A DNA stretch of 64,000 bases, from NCBI RefSeq assembly GCF_902459465.1, contig NC_047078.1, forward strand, positions 12,648,001-12,712,000. The letters are read 5' to 3'. This DNA is from Asterias rubens (Eukaryota). The position numbers and the translations under genes were made by a program. Under the pieces are notes generated by a model. It saw nothing but the letters and a program-made list of their open reading frames with translations, did not search any database and was not told where the DNA came from. Shown piece by piece: positions 1-11,325 of this stretch. Each line of letters starts with the position of its first letter. Position 1 is the stretch's first letter.

Positions 1-2962
1 CACCCAAGAACCTTTTCAACAAAACAAATTCTGTAAAGGGCTGTATACTATATAAATATTATCAAAATTCGTATTGTTAATTCCTAAAAGGCTGGATAAT
101 TTTCCGTCGAGCTTTGGAATTAATATTTAAGTTGAACAATGATAAAGGTCAACACTGTAAAATAACCTCAAAATCAAATGCTAAGTGCCGACCATTTTAC
201 AGTTGAATTTGAAATGTTCCCTGGCTACCAGTCTGCATGAGCCAATAGCAATAAATTTAGCTTGCCCACATGTCACTGCAAACCAATAGGGGGCTAGTGA
301 AGAGCCTCCATGCACATTGGGGGGAAGTCACCTAATTGGTGACCTTACGACCTCTACCAAATTAGTAGTAGGGGATAGTACTTCACCACTAAGGCACCCT
401 CCCTCTCTACCTCAAGGGACGCACTCACTTTGAGGATACCCAATCTTAATTCAAGGGAAGGATCTAGATAGGAAGTGAGTCAAGTCAAAAGGAACACTGC
501 CCTGGATTCTTCAAGATCAGCCGACATTGGACTTTATGGAGAGGTTAACACTGGGCTAGTTAGCAATGTTCATTTGTATCTTAGGCTGTGTTCGATTTGG
601 AGGCTACAGCTATGGCTAGATTTCCACTTCATTATGTGTTGGTACGTCCTTAGCAACACCCCTAGCAACAGCTGTAGCTGCCAATTCAGGTACGGCCTTA
701 GTGTGAAATATCAAAGCATATGGACTTGGCCAACAAATAAAAATTTTTAAAGTATTTTAGCACTGAAAAAAGATACTGCTCAACAGAACCAAAATTGTAA
801 ATCCAACGATTTAGAATCCAAAAAGGTTTATTTGACCTCCAAAAGATATGAGTAACAGGAACATAAAGTTGGTTAGCCTTGGTTGGATGGAGTACCTTGT
901 CTCCCAACCCTGAGTCATCTCCCTATAACTCTGAGGGGATCTAGTACTAAGAATAAACCATCTGTGAAATTGCAAGTGCCTCAAGGCTTAATCCCACACA
1001 CTGATTTGACCTACATTGGACAAGTACTCTCCCTTTGAAATGATGACATTGGGGACATTTAACTGAACATGGGTATTGCAGATCGCAAAGAGCCACGGAG
1101 TGACACGTGTTGTGCATGTTGCAAAAGCTAACGCAAAAGCTAAAAACAAACATGCTGAAGAAAAAAAGTCTAGCCACAATTAGCTAGTTGTGACTATTAC
1201 ATCCAAGATGACCGCTCTTCCCTTTTCCGTGCCCGGTGATTGTATATTATTCCCACTAGACCCGCATTGAATTGCAGACCTGATATCCGACAGACTTTTA
1301 AAAACTGTTAATTCAAAAGGGCCAGCCTATTTATTTATGCCTCTGTATGCATAAATATTTCTACTTGAATGAACTCTGGAATTACACATCTCCACCCCCT
1401 AAAAGTCTACTTAATTTAACCCGGCATATATTACATGCATGTGAATACTAAGCTTGCAGCCACCTGATATAAAGTGATCTTTGGAGTCCCAGGGACAAGG
1501 AAAGGATGTGACAAGGGTTGTGCACAAACATAAAAGTGACTCAGTTGTGCATAAAATCTAATTCTAAAGCACCACAGAGTCCATGCTTATTGAATAAGAA
1601 ACTGGAGCAGTGTATTGTGTATTGTAAAAGCCTGAGACTTGTAACCCTACATGTGCATAGTCATTGTGCAGGAGCCTACAGTTCTAAACCACAATGGGCG
1701 TGCCTCTTCCATTGGTGAACACCATAGAATCAGTATACCTACAACCCCAATATATTGCAGAGGGTGTCCCCCTACATCTTATCATACTTGACTAGTCCCT
1801 CTCTTAAGAATTCTTGAGATTTCCAGAGCACAATGAAGACACAATAAGAGTCAGACCTGAATAAGGTAGACCATAGACCTGAACATAGGGAGCTTGGCAG
1901 TCATTTAAATCTATGTATAATTATACTCTGGGCGGTCAGCAAGTTACACTCTGGTACATGGTTCACTAAAACATGGGTCCATGCACAACTTAAAGCTTTT
2001 TCCCCACGCCCACTTAATGCCATTCTCTTTTTAGGCCCAAAAAATGGTGGAATAATTCTTCTTGATAAAGACAAAGCAAAACTGTTTTGAATTAATGGGA
2101 AATAGTACAGATGTTTTGCCACACCTTTGATTGCACAGTTTACACAACATATTTATGTGGTCTGCACAACGTAGGCATACATGTTATCTTGCACTGTTTG
2201 GAAAAGGGCACAGTAGGAAAGACAGTTTGTAATCCTTGAAGCAACCTAATGAGCAGCATAGTCAGACACCTTGTGTGCGAACTTCCTTGAAACTGGCTTC
2301 TAATCGCAAGTTGTCACAGCTTAGGGACATGATCTTAGTTCAATTTTCAACATACCAAAAAAGGGGTCTTAGAATATAGTTGGATCTGCATGTACTGTGC
2401 ACGTGTCTCACAGGGAAGGGCTCTGCTGAACCTTCCATGAACCACGGCAAGGGGTGAGACTATGATACAGCTAGGCATGACCTCACAGTCATCCCCTGAT
2501 TGAGCCCAAATCATTAGTTTCCTTCTTCAGAGGGGAGACCCTGATTCATCATTACAATTTTAAAGGGAAGTCCAAGAAAGGCTAAGTATGTCCATGCTAC
2601 AACAATTAATAGGATTGAAGAACACAGGGAAGGAACTGACTTTCTTTGACGTTTTTAATGTTTTGTTGACGTTTTAAATACAACCAACTACACTTCCAAA
2701 AAATAACACCCGACAGTCTTCTCCCTTAACAGTGGTCTGCTGGCCAAAAACACTTAACAACACCCAAGGACCAGTCATAATTTTAGTCCAGTGTTGAACA
2801 CCATCCCTATTTCATTAGAATTGTGCACCAGTGGAAGAATTGGCAGACTAGTGAAATGACAAGTTAACTTGTCCTGCTGCCTAGTCATTAATAAATTAAA
2901 GGGCTAACCCTCTTTCTTACGACAAACAATTTTTCTTTTTTCGTTTCGTCTCTGACAAACAG

Positions 2963-3147
2963 ATGAAGACAGAGGAAATGTGTCATCTGAGCACGAGGTC
3001 TATGTCGAATCAGCTGAGCCTTACAACTCCAGAATAGTATCTTCTAGGTAACAGGAAAGCTGTTATAACTTTACTAACACAAAGGCGGGCTTAACTTAAC
3101 AAGAGTACTTTTTTCTTTTCTTTTTTTTATGCCTGATCAGGTTCTAG
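2963..3147 (+). CDS. Candidate last two coding exons of an unidentified gene entering from the left (2963-3047, then 3141-3147 ending ...YNSRIVSSRF*)
   Basis: Strong polypyrimidine tract, CTGAC and CAG acceptor before 2963; AG|GTAACA donor at 3047/3048; one open frame (D)EDRGNVSSEHEVYVESAEPYNSRIVSS; a second pyrimidine-rich acceptor ends at 3140 and is followed by G-TTC-TAG. No upstream exons or homology recognised. Confidence 0.3.
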
Positions 3148-4669
3148 GGGGATTAACAGTTACATAAATTGGTAATTATAAATGTTTCAACCATTTCAGC
3201 TCTATGATCAATAGGCCCTAAGACTTCATGATCATCAGCAACTGTACTTTGTAAGTGTAATTCGGTAAAAACAAAGCCCTTAAAATAAGATAAAATATAA
3301 TATCAATATTCCACAAAGTGAAGGAGAGGGAAACTGATGCTTTTGAATCCTTCAAATTTAAGACCTTAAAAATCGAGACATTCAAAAACAGTTTTCACTT
3401 TAAAAACAATTGTAATTTCATGAGTGAACTTGGTACGATGGCTTTCCAACAGTACTCTGACCAAAGGCTGTGGCCCATTGACTCCCACTATAGTGAACTT
3501 TGTCCACATTGAACACCTTGCTGCCCCCATCAAATTTGTATTAAGTCAACAGATAAAGCAATCAGAAGCGATATGGCCTGGTAGGACACTCGTCAAGTTA
3601 ATATTTAGATAAGATAGAGGTGTGATATCATTCAATGAATTCAACAGATGATGCGATAGTGTCTGAATAAAGTGGACAAGATTCTTACATGTGAACACAC
3701 CTCGCGTGGTGCCACTTCAGTAGAGTTTAGTGTCGCGTTGTGTTAGAGTAAAGGACTTATGTCAAATGATAAGAAAGGGCCAACTTCAAAATAATTTAAA
3801 TGTCTTTAAATGACAATTAGTCGATAATGAACAAATTGGGCATAGAGACAATGCTCTCTCTTCTTAGAAATAATCCAGATTTATTAGAAAACTGTAAAAA
3901 GTGATCTTTTCCACCAAAAAGGAGTTCCAGGTCTAACACGACATGAAATACAGATATTGAAAGGCCAACTTTTTAGATGCATTTAAACATTTCTAGTTAC
4001 ACCGAGCTGCACTACAGCAAAGCAATTCAACCCCTCAGTCCAATCCAATCCATCGATGTGATCAACTCTAAAATATGCTTAATTTAAGTTACTGTTTGCT
4101 TTGTTGCATGCAAACATTTGCCTACAAGGTTCGACTGAATGCAAAGAGGTTTTAATGTCAACACTGAACATCATGCCAAGGGTCAAGTACTGACTCTGCT
4201 TTATCTAGGGTACAATTTACTTTGGGATCGGAAGGGTCAAAAGACCAAGGCTTCTTTAAAAATACTAGTAGGCGTACTTTCTTAGCAACAAGGTGAACAA
4301 TTTCCTATGTATAGTGTAGCAAAAGTGCTACACAAGATGTACAAGTCGCTACTCAATATATAAGCATGCACAAAACAAGTTTAGTCTAAATATAATTGCT
4401 GGGCGAAATTCAACCTGCAACATATCCTAAATATCGAAAAGAAGAATGAATCAGAAATTTATTAACCAGTAATAATTTCCCTGAATTTAAAGCTAAAATT
4501 GAGATGAGGTTTTGTTATTTCTCCACGCCTACCCCACCCCAAAAAAAGACTGTTAAACCATCTGTATCTAAACAAAATATGATTAGTTTTTAGATTTGTT
4601 AACTTTGTCTTTGATTTGACTATTAAATTAACAATCTGATTAAGCCATCCATAGTGCAGGGCCCATCCC

Positions 4670-4795
4670 GGATAACTTTCCGTATGGCGCCACCACTTTT
4701 TCACTCATTTTTACAAAAAGGGATATCTCATTGAGGTAAATTAGATACTATATTATTTCATATCGAATGAAAAAGTGGTGGCGCCATACGGACAC
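4670..4795. repeat. Palindromic MITE-like repeat (TGGCGCCATACGGA family)
   Basis: CCGTATGGCGCCACCACTTTTTCA ... TGAAAAAGTGGTGGCGCCATACGG inverted arms; the same family recurs at about 55620-56022. Confidence 0.7.
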
Positions 4796-5438
4796 TTTTC
4801 CCCCATCCCTTACCATGGGCTTATCGTGTACACTGCTCAGTAAAAACTGCCATTCTCTTGGAATAGTAAAACAAAACTCCACTTCTTATCAAAAGAGTTA
4901 CTAAAACTGAGCATCTTTTGAAAAGGCAGCCTGTTGAAAAACACAACCGACTCTGGGGGGAGTCTGAGCATGCTATCATGCATCTACTAACTTGTAGTTG
5001 TAATTGTTACCCTGCCCCCTGGCTTGACCTTGGTTTTCAATGGATTATTGTAATGAAATATAAAAAACACGGTTCACTCAAATGTGTAGTAGAGCTAGAG
5101 GGTAAGGAGTATTATTTAAGCTTGCAAAAGCCACCACAAAAGTAAACTACACAACCACTCCATGACACGGCCATTCCAATTTCACCCCAAATACAACCGG
5201 TACCAGACTAATTACGTTAAAGCGCTATGGTGAAACGGTATGCACTCAACCAATTTCACGATCGATATGAACCCGAACTGAAGCAACGACCGGCAAACAT
5301 AATTTACACCATTAAAATCAATCATACATTCGACAAAATATATATGTTCTTCAAGGGTATAACATTCTCTTTAAGAAAACGGGTAAAAAAACAGAGCAAA
5401 ATGTTTATTTTTTTGAGAAATTCGTGAAAATTCCTTAC

Positions 5439-5468
5439 CTCGCCGTCCTTTTCGTACTTTACCGACAT
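5439..5468 (-). CDS. Candidate first coding exon (MSVKYEKDGE) of an unidentified minus-strand gene
   Basis: ATG in CAAG-ATG-T context followed by 10 codons and a GAG|GTAAGG donor; GC-richer promoter-like sequence just upstream. Downstream exons could not be assigned. Confidence 0.4.
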
Positions 5469-5503
5469 CTTGAAGCCGCGAAAGAGCTAGCAGGCGTGTT
5501 GAA

Positions 5504-5513
5504 ATCACGTGAC
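5504..5513. promoter_or_regulatory. E-box/CLEAR-like palindrome (ATCACGTGAC)
   Basis: TCACGTGA at 5505-5512, about 37 bp upstream of the ATG at 5468 (-). Matches the MiT/TFE/USF site consensus. Confidence 0.35.
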
Positions 5514-7480
5514 CAAATGGATGGGCGATACTACTTCATAGAGAGGGGGAGGGGAAGGTCGTTTGATGCTTCCCGTATACGATGACACACCGATTATGGC
5601 AGGAGGGATGTTACACTACCGGTATATAAACATGGAGGTAGGATTAAAATAAAACCCCAAAAAATAACTAACATCAAAGGTAAATGAGATTATCCCCTGT
5701 TATTCGAAACATCAACATACCTCAGTAAATCCCATAAATTACAACCTCTGACTGAGTATAATCATTGGCACTTCGAAAAAATATCTTCGGAAAACTCAAA
5801 ACTCTGCCTTCAGTTGCGGCATGGGGTGGAGGATGATGGAGGGGAAGGAGAGCATGGGGATCAATTATAAAACCTCAAATAAAATCTGGAACAGCAGGTT
5901 GTGTGTCATCACTCTCTTCCAACCGGCAATGCCTTAATTTTAGTACAATATTTCCCCTTGTTTTTAAACACATAACAAACTAATGTTTAGGCCCTTTGAT
6001 GATGGGGGTGTGGTTTAACCATGGAGGTCTACCTCCATGGTTTAACCCTGATGCACTTACTACAAATCAAGAAGATGTGGATGAACTTTAGTAGACCACA
6101 GCTACGACGATCCTCGTACCAACTTTTGTTAGACTTGGGGTCGTGGTTGTGTGCTATATTTTACTCCCGATAAATACTTTAAATTGTTCAAAATAGTGTG
6201 TAGTTAAAACGACAGGATCTGCCAGCTTAGTTCCCCATCTCACTCAATTAAACATGTTTAAAATAACAGCTAGTTTGATTTTAATTATTAAACCACAACA
6301 ATATAATTATAAAATCACATGTGAAAATGCATGTGAAATCAAAATGAACGAACTTACCAACACAAGTGTTCCTTTGAATAATTCAAGATTTAAAGTTGCC
6401 GTTAGATATTTTGTCACACACCAAGCTGTATGAGCGCAGTCGAACTTTTGACTGAACAAAAAGATATTTCCTTATATTAAATCAATCTGAACCATAATGA
6501 ACTGCAGCATAGTTTGTGTTTAACTTCGTTGGAAAAAAGAAATGGTACGGCCACATGATAAAAATATCAAAACGCATCCTTGAGAACTTTCCGGTCTTTC
6601 CGTCCCTCAGCGATCATTGTATACCTCCCCTATTCATAGAATAGTGATGCGGTCCACTCAGGCCTTGACGTCATGGAAATCTTTACCGCTGGCTAGCTAG
6701 GCTGCACAAACATGGGTCAGATCAATTCATTATAAATGCAGGTTGTGAGGGAGGGCGTATGCGGAGGCGTTGAATTTGGTCATGGACCAAACCTTTGAGG
6801 GGATGAATATTCAAAAGATAGACGCATATTATTAGCACTTTAAACCAAACTTTGGAAATTTTGAAGTAGACAATAAGAGAAAGAATATCCACCGTTCATT
6901 GCAGGTTTGTTTTTTGATCATTGCAATAGTTCATTCATTTATTTTATTTCGGATCTCGAAGAATTGGTCAGATGACTTGGTTTAGCAAAGAGGGCAACAG
7001 AGTCCCGCCCCTCATCTGCAACATTCAAAAGAACTATGTGCGTGTGTGGAATAATTGAAAAGGTTGGCGCTCGACGTAAACTGTGGATTGTTACCGCTTA
7101 CCAAAATAATCAATAGTGTTTGGCCTTGCTCCCTGATGGTACAAGCATTGAGTAAATTGCCCCAATGGGGGTCGAGAGCTATGACCAGGGAGTGGATAGT
7201 CACACTCACAGGGTGATTGTTGCACAGGTTTACAAATTATTGGGCAGCACTTGAAATTGATGCTGACAATAAAACAGTAACTCTAACGTGATTATATTAC
7301 GAGTCCAATATTGTCCGTACGAATTGAACACTAGAGAAATAAAAGGAAGAAGAAAGTCCCCGTACCGGCGGCACCTTCGCCCGCAGCTATTTTCGACCAC
7401 ATGCATTCACTAACGATGTTTATCATCTGTGGTGGGGCATACATACATCAATCAATTATCAATATGTGTGTCCCCAAGAC

Positions 7481-7513
7481 CAAAGATTATAGAGCGCCGC
7501 TCTATAATCTTTG
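7481..7513. mobile_element. 33-bp perfect hairpin insertion with 8-bp target-site duplication
   Basis: 15-bp arms CAAAGATTATAGAGC / GCTCTATAATCTTTG with loop GCC; CCCAAGAC directly repeated at 7473-7480 and 7514-7521. Confidence 0.7.
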
Positions 7514-8792
7514 CCCAAGACCTACATCAGCGTTAGGTTTTTTGTTTCTGCCGGTGAATGCGAAAGAGCACTTAGTTTGGCAACCAGTAATTTAGAATGC
7601 AATATGTTTGCAATTACAGCGTTGGGTTGAGAACAGCAATTCATTAGCCTGTTGGCGGGCTCCGGGTTCGAATCCCACCAATCCTGCCATCATGAATTGC
7701 ACTTCATGCTTATCACACATCGGTGTTGGGGGACACAATTACAATTATTTTTGCCCCAGAAGAGCACACATAAGGGTTTTCCTTCAGCCGGTGAATGCGA
7801 ATAGTTTGGCAACCAGGTTAGTTGTGAAAACCAGGTGGCGAAAAAGGAGAAAATTCAAAACCGTTCAATCTACCTTTTATTCTAATTTGAATGATAGCAA
7901 AAAATCAAGTGGTCTGCCACTTTTCGTCCGACAATAAAGAGGACAAACAATCTGCAAGTTTCTTGTAGCAGAAAAGCAAAAACATGGAAAATGCATTTTC
8001 CCCAAAAGTTCAATCTCATTATGAGGTAGCGACAAAGTTGACAATATCGGAAACTGGACTTTTAGCTATGATAAAGCAGATGGCAAATTGTCGTCCTTTG
8101 ACGAACGAGCCATACGAGCGCATGTGACGTTTTGAAATACCGCCACCCATTGGTGAAAATGAATAATAGACTAATTGTATCAGACACCGAGACTTCCCAT
8201 GTGAGTTATCAATAGAGAGCCGTGAGAGCCAGACTTTAACACGTACACACACGTTGTTGAATGGGAACAACATACTGTACTTCACTACAGAAATCAGCAC
8301 CGACGACAACGACCCTCACACTGTGACTGTGAGTGTGAGTGTGACAGCTAGGCTAAGCTACTTCAGTACTTGTACTTTGGACGAGTCAAAAACGGAGTTT
8401 GATGAGGTAATAAACAGTGGCCATCAATCATTTAGATGTAGAGTAGATGTGTAGATTCAGACACCTTAGATTCGCTTGTTCCAATGGATAACTAACTAGG
8501 ACCATGCCTACCTCCAATCTCCATGCTAGGACTAGCGAAAAATGAAGGGTAATCACCCAACGCGGTTGGGCTACATATCTGAATTTGAATTATAATAATA
8601 GTCAGCAAACAGGCAAAGCATCAGATCATCACATAATTCCAATTGAATGGAAACTTTTTGTAAAGAAAAAGAAGACGAAAAAGAAATTTCAACTTATAAG
8701 ACTAAGAGTTTAGACGTTGGTTGGAGAGGAAAACCCCTTATTAATAATAATAAATAAATAAAATAGAGTTTAGCCTTAGGTTAGTTAGGGTA

Positions 8793-8857
8793 TAGCCCCA
8801 CTTGTGTGGCCAAGGATAGCAAGGATTCAGCTATCCTTGGCCACACAAGTGGGGCTA
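8793..8857. mobile_element. 65-bp perfect hairpin mini-MITE with 9-bp TSD
   Basis: 28-bp perfect arms (8793-8820 / 8830-8857) with a 9-nt loop; GTTAGGGTA at 8784-8792 and 8858-8866; TAG...CTA termini. Confidence 0.8.
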
Positions 8858-9184
8858 GTTAGGGTAGGGAAAACCCGCAATTAGATCCACATGCAAGGCT
8901 CTGGTCCGGGAATGGAACCGGGTTTCAGCCAACCAGAATACAGAACGAGCAAGAGGTGTGTTATAATATACAAATATTGACTCCTTCGAGTGCTATGGTT
9001 AAAACTACAACTCCCGAGGTGATCCCAGAGCGTTCTATTTTCCCGAGGCGGAGCTGAAGGAAAAATGGAACGGTCCGGGGGATTACCAAGGGAGCAGGAG
9101 TTTTAACCAAAGCACGAGTAAAGGCAGTCAATATTTGTTTCATTACACCCAACATACTATTTATCATCCTCGTACACGTTGTGT

Positions 9185-9636
9185 CGGTCATACTACTTGC
9201 CGTCAACTCGCCGACTTGCCGTCAACCCGCCGTCAACTCATTTTCGTGCCGTCAACTCATTAAATTTACATGAAAAATCTATAAAAAGGGGGCACGGAAG
9301 TGTTAAGTCTGGGCTAAACTACATATTTCTCATGGTTTTCGGTACAAATTCATTCACAAAAACGACTTTGTGTTGATTAAAAAAAAGTACCAATCATTGA
9401 CATCTTGGGCCAAGACTAATCATTGTGAAAAAGCAAGATGGCGACCGACAGTTTTTCGGCTTCGAGAATTTTTTTTCACAAGAAAAAAACTCAATTTTTA
9501 TTCCGAAATATGACCTAAAATTTACGCGAATGCTCTTTGAGCTGATACTTTACAGTTCTATGCTTCTTTTGTGGATTTTAAATGTGTATTGGAGGAGTTG
9601 ACGGCGCAAGTGAGTTGACGGCAAGTAGTAGGACCC
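9185..9636. mobile_element. Non-autonomous DNA transposon with TIRs and 8-bp TSD
   Basis: TIRs GGTC(A/C)TACTACTTGCCGTCAACTC at both ends, subterminal GCCGTCAAC repeats, TSD CGTTGTGT at 9177-9184 and 9637-9644. Confidence 0.8.
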
Positions 9637-10017
9637 CGTTGTGTTCGTACACGATTTTCAGATACACAGCACACAACTGATTGGCTTCAAGGTGGGTTAA
9701 AAGACGTCTGGGTACCGCGCTAGCCATGTAATAGTCTGCTATTGCATGGCATATGACTATCTCACGGCCACCGGGTTTCTAGTAAAACTAAGACATATCA
9801 TGTGACACGTTCTAAACAGGGGAAATTCCCCTTGGCAAGCAATACCATGTTGTTGGGAAGGTTGGGAAAAAGACCAATGTAATAATTGTAAGAGAGCCCA
9901 ACATGGTGGACTAATCCATATTCATGCAATTTAAATTCCTTTTTTTATAAGTTCTTCTTTATATGGTTTAGATTTGTTTAGAACTTAAACAACTAAAAAA
10001 AGTTCTACTTCCCACCA

Positions 10018-10894
10018 CAGGGTTCGAAATTAGCGGTCGCCCGGTCGCCAAATGCGAGTGAAAATAGCGGCGGGCGACTGAAAACCCTTTCTCACTAGCC
10101 CGCCGGGCGAGTCAAATAATTATTCCTTTTCACATATAAATGAGGGTTCAGTGGCAAAATCCCACAGAAAAGCTTTTAAATTGGTAAGTTTGACAATTCT
10201 AGATACTTGCTAGAATTGCTGTCGTTCGTTTCAGAAAACACGTACATGTACAATCAATTGAAAACACGATGCACAAACCACATTGTGCCGAGTATCCTCA
10301 CAGTACACGGTCGCCCACTGGTGGTACGTCCATGCAGTATGCACAGCGCATACAAAATACACACAGTCGTCCAAAGTCCATTCTGACCAACACTCTGCAC
10401 GCTGTGATTGGCCGTTGATGGTTGTTGATAATTCCATATTCATGATGTTCTTGACTAGACTTCAATGCAGTACACTTTCACGAACGAAGTAAAGAATTGC
10501 CACACGTTGTGCATAACGACTGCAGACTGTGCACAATGTACAGCCTTGGACAACCAATAACATAGACAACTTTCGCCAACAGAGGGCGTTGCGGGGCAAA
10601 GTTCATTGAATTATTACTCGATGTGCGTTGTTGACTGATCGTTGATTCATGAAGATTTTGTTGCAAACGGAGTTTAAAACATTTTCAAATCAACCGACCC
10701 CCTAACCATGAAGTCATTAAAGTTGTTGTTGATGGAAAATGGATAGTTTGTGTGTGTGTTTTGTTTTTGTTTTTTCGTTTTGAAAATTTTGTGTATAATT
10801 ACATGTGGGCTAGTTAAAAAACCTGCGGGCGATCGAGAATTTTGGTTGACTCGCCCGGCGGGCGATTGAAAAAAAAAGTTAAGGGAAACCCCTG
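10018..10894. mobile_element. hAT-like non-autonomous element (CAGGG...CCCTG termini)
   Basis: CAGGG termini; subterminal inverted motif CCCGCCGGGCGAGTC / GACTCGCCCGGCGGG; CCACCA directly repeated on both flanks. No transposase ORF seen. Confidence 0.55.
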
Positions 10895-11325
10895 CCACCA
10901 TCCATGTGGAGAAGTTCCTCATTCATGTTTCTACCTCACTTAATTAATAATAATATTAACATTAACAATACTCGGCAGAGTTCATGCCAGAACTTAAGTT
11001 ACCCCCAAAAAAATTCAGGATAATTTTGTAAAGAAACATGCATGGATATATATCATATACCCACCGCACACTAATCTCAGCCAATGATTCTGAAGTCGGG
11101 TCTTCATTTACCTCACCTCCATGAGGCACTGTTCAGTTCATATTTGCTCTGCATTTTCGGCAATATCCTCCAAAACAAAGTATACTTTGTCTTTAAGTTT
11201 TGTGTTCTAATTCTAGCGCCCTGTTTCAAATTTTAGGTTGTTGGATTACGAATGTCTTCAACTTTGGATGTGGAGCTGGTGTCAGTGTGAATAAAGAATA
11301 GCCAGAAGTCCAGAAGAACGCAAAG

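Noticed and set aside
947-1179. ORFs with signal-peptide-like hydrophobic starts
   Set aside because: The hydrophobicity comes from antisense reading of A-rich sequence; there is no credible start or homology.
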